Shown here piece after piece: positions 61,908 through 64,000 of a DNA stretch of 64,000 nucleotides (position 1 is its first letter; every line of letters begins with the position of its first letter). The notes beneath the pieces are model-generated. The model was given only the letters and a program-made list of their open reading frames with translations. It did no database searches and had not been told where the DNA came from. The stretch is from the NCBI RefSeq assembly GCF_004010195.1, contig NC_057757.1:7083402-7147401 (forward strand), in the 5' to 3' direction. Source of the stretch: Chiloscyllium plagiosum (Eukaryota). A program made the translations under genes and the position numbers.

Positions 61908-62952
61908 GGGCGTTCTTACCTCTGGTGCCTTGACTCTCTCTGGTGCGTGGGCTTGGGGCGGGTCCTTACTCTGTGGGGGATGGCTATCTCCTGTCACCCT
62001 ACATGCATCCACTTCCAAACCTCGTGAGATAGGACTGGAGTGAATTTTTTTCTCTCTCTCTCTATAGCCTTTTGCTAAAAATATCTGATCATTGTTTCTG
62101 ACGGAGCTTCTATATAACCGATCGATACAACATGATTCAATGCGTGTCTCTCTCTCGCTCTTTCTCCCTCCAACACTTCGCCGCGACCAGCGAAGAGAAA
62201 CCAGACTTAATGTTTCAGGTGCGGTGACTCTCAGAACAGTCATCCTTACCTAGTCTGGCCTGGCCTACATGCGACTCTAGACCCACAGCAATGTGCTTGA
62301 CTCCTTTGGGCAATTAGGGATTGGCAATAAATGATAGGCCTAGCCAGCGACGTCCTCATCCCGTGAGTGAATCAAAGAAAAAATGAGCAAGATCCCTATT
62401 TCCACCCTCTGTGCTTTGAGAGGTGACAAAATGAAATCAAAGTTTGTGGTTGGTGGGGAAAGCAGAGGTGAAGGCAAAAATGGATCTTATCGAATAGTGG
62501 AGCAGCCTCAAAGGGGCCGAATGGCCTAATTTGCTTCTTGCTCCTATTGTGAAAGCAAGTCGGTGTGAAACATGCCTGTGATAAAAGATCAGTAGCTAAT
62601 TTCCTCTGTGCTAATCAGTGACTGTATTACGCACTGATAATATCGATTGATTAGTTCTAATGAGATCTGGAATCTTGTGGTGCACTTCAGCCTTAACAAT
62701 TGAAAGTGAGCTATTGTATCCCTGATAACCCCCCCCCCCCCGTTTGTAACGATACACAAATCTCCCACCGGAAGGCCACAAATGATCTCCAGGGCGCGCA
62801 CTGAGTAATTGTTCTGTGTGACCGGGCATAGAAGGTTCTTCCGAAATGTTCTGCAAATTCACTTGTAAACATGGCGCGGGAGAGTGACCTTTGTACTTTA
62901 CCCTCACCTTAATAATAATACTGTCCGAATCAACAAAAAATGTAATCAGATT

Positions 62953-62958
62953 AATAAA
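62953..62958 (+). terminator. Candidate polyadenylation signal of the claudin-15 transcript
   Basis: AATAAA in non-repeat sequence about 1 kb after the stop codon; an earlier AATAAA near 62326 lies in a SINE tail. Confidence 0.4.
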
Positions 62959-64000
62959 ACTGCGTCCAGGCTCATAAACTTTTATTAAAGTTCACTTCCA
63001 AATCCGGCAAGAGCTTTACGTGGATGTTTCGGGGTTGCCTATAATTGTGGGGTCTCCGCGTTGGGAATTTTGCATTTTATTTGGGATGAGGATAAGTTCA
63101 GTGGTGTGTTTTTGTGTGTACGGGATGCCCCAGAAAGGTACAGATTCCTTGGTGAGCGCTCTGGACTTTGAATCGGAGTTCAGATCCTGAGAGTACCTTG
63201 ATTGCTGCCGCCTCAGCTGATGGAAATTTCTGAATGACCCTGGTGTAATAAGGAACCAACAGTTCAATCCTTGTTCCGCTGCCACCTCAACCAGCTCCTC
63301 ATCATGATGTTCAGTCAGGAGCTCAGCTTGATCTGGAGCCCCTCTGCACAAATGGGTCACCTCATAATTGTCTTCAATCAACCTCCACCCTGCCACTTAT
63401 GAGACCACTCTTTGCTGCCATTTCCACATCCCTCTTGCCCTTTGCTGTCAGTGACTTTGGGTTCCACAGCACTGTCAAGAAATATTTTAGCAGCTTCTTA
63501 CCTTGCACTCATCAGGACCTTTGCAAGAATGCTGATGTACGAGAAGAGAGTGACACTATTATATGGTGTTCACCTTGAATTGGTATTCTTGCAGACTGTC
63601 CTGATAACTGCAAGTCAAAAATGTGTCTTTTGTTAGTAATACTGAAGACATTGGTTCAGCCAGTTTTGGAATACTGCGTACAATTCCTGTCTCCGGTGGA
63701 GGTAGGTACAATTACAAAATGTAGAAGGCTTCTGTAAGTAAGTATGTAAGTAAGAAGGGTTTAGAGGGATATGGGCAAAATGCTGGCAAATGGGACCAGA
63801 TTAGTTTAGGATATCTGATCAGTGTGGACAAGTTGGACCGAAGGGTCTGTTTCCGTGCTATATATAACCCAACGACTCTGTGACACTATGACTATGCTAC
63901 AGAAGGGATGTGAAAACTTTGGAGGGTGCAAGAGAGGTTTACCTGAATTGGAGCCTATTAGTTATAAGAATATAGACTTGAATTGATTTTACGAGAGTGT

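Overview
Vertebrate genomic DNA, almost certainly from a shark (inferred from the HE1/V-SINE, CR1/HER1-type LINE and Penelope repeats), with three assembly gaps (15151-15951, 54229-54896, 58003-58138). The only confidently identifiable protein gene is a five-exon claudin-15 on the + strand. Its exons are 42050-42263, 53911-54075, 55825-55906, 61073-61180 and 61793-61907, giving a 684-nt CDS and a 227-aa protein ending YGKNAYV; the ORF track shows only exon 1. Most of the rest is decayed CR1, Rex1-like, Penelope and SINE copies plus several minisatellites. Notable items: (1) a 913-bp foldback Mutator-like (MULE) element made from two inverted copies of a transposase 3' end, with a 9-bp TSD, inserted in a CR1; (2) a complete 5S rRNA gene with spacer inside a CR1 in claudin intron 3; (3) a LINE with a tRNA-derived head whose internal-deletion derivatives appear as SINEs in the same window; (4) Penelope minimal hammerhead ribozyme motifs; (5) an 18-bp minisatellite that seems to have arisen from a target-site duplication; (6) unusual substitutions and splice acceptors in the claudin. 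Candidate terminal exons of unidentified neighbouring genes lie near 8.1 kb (+) and 63.6 kb (-). Repeat boundaries are approximate and family names come from recognition, not database searches.
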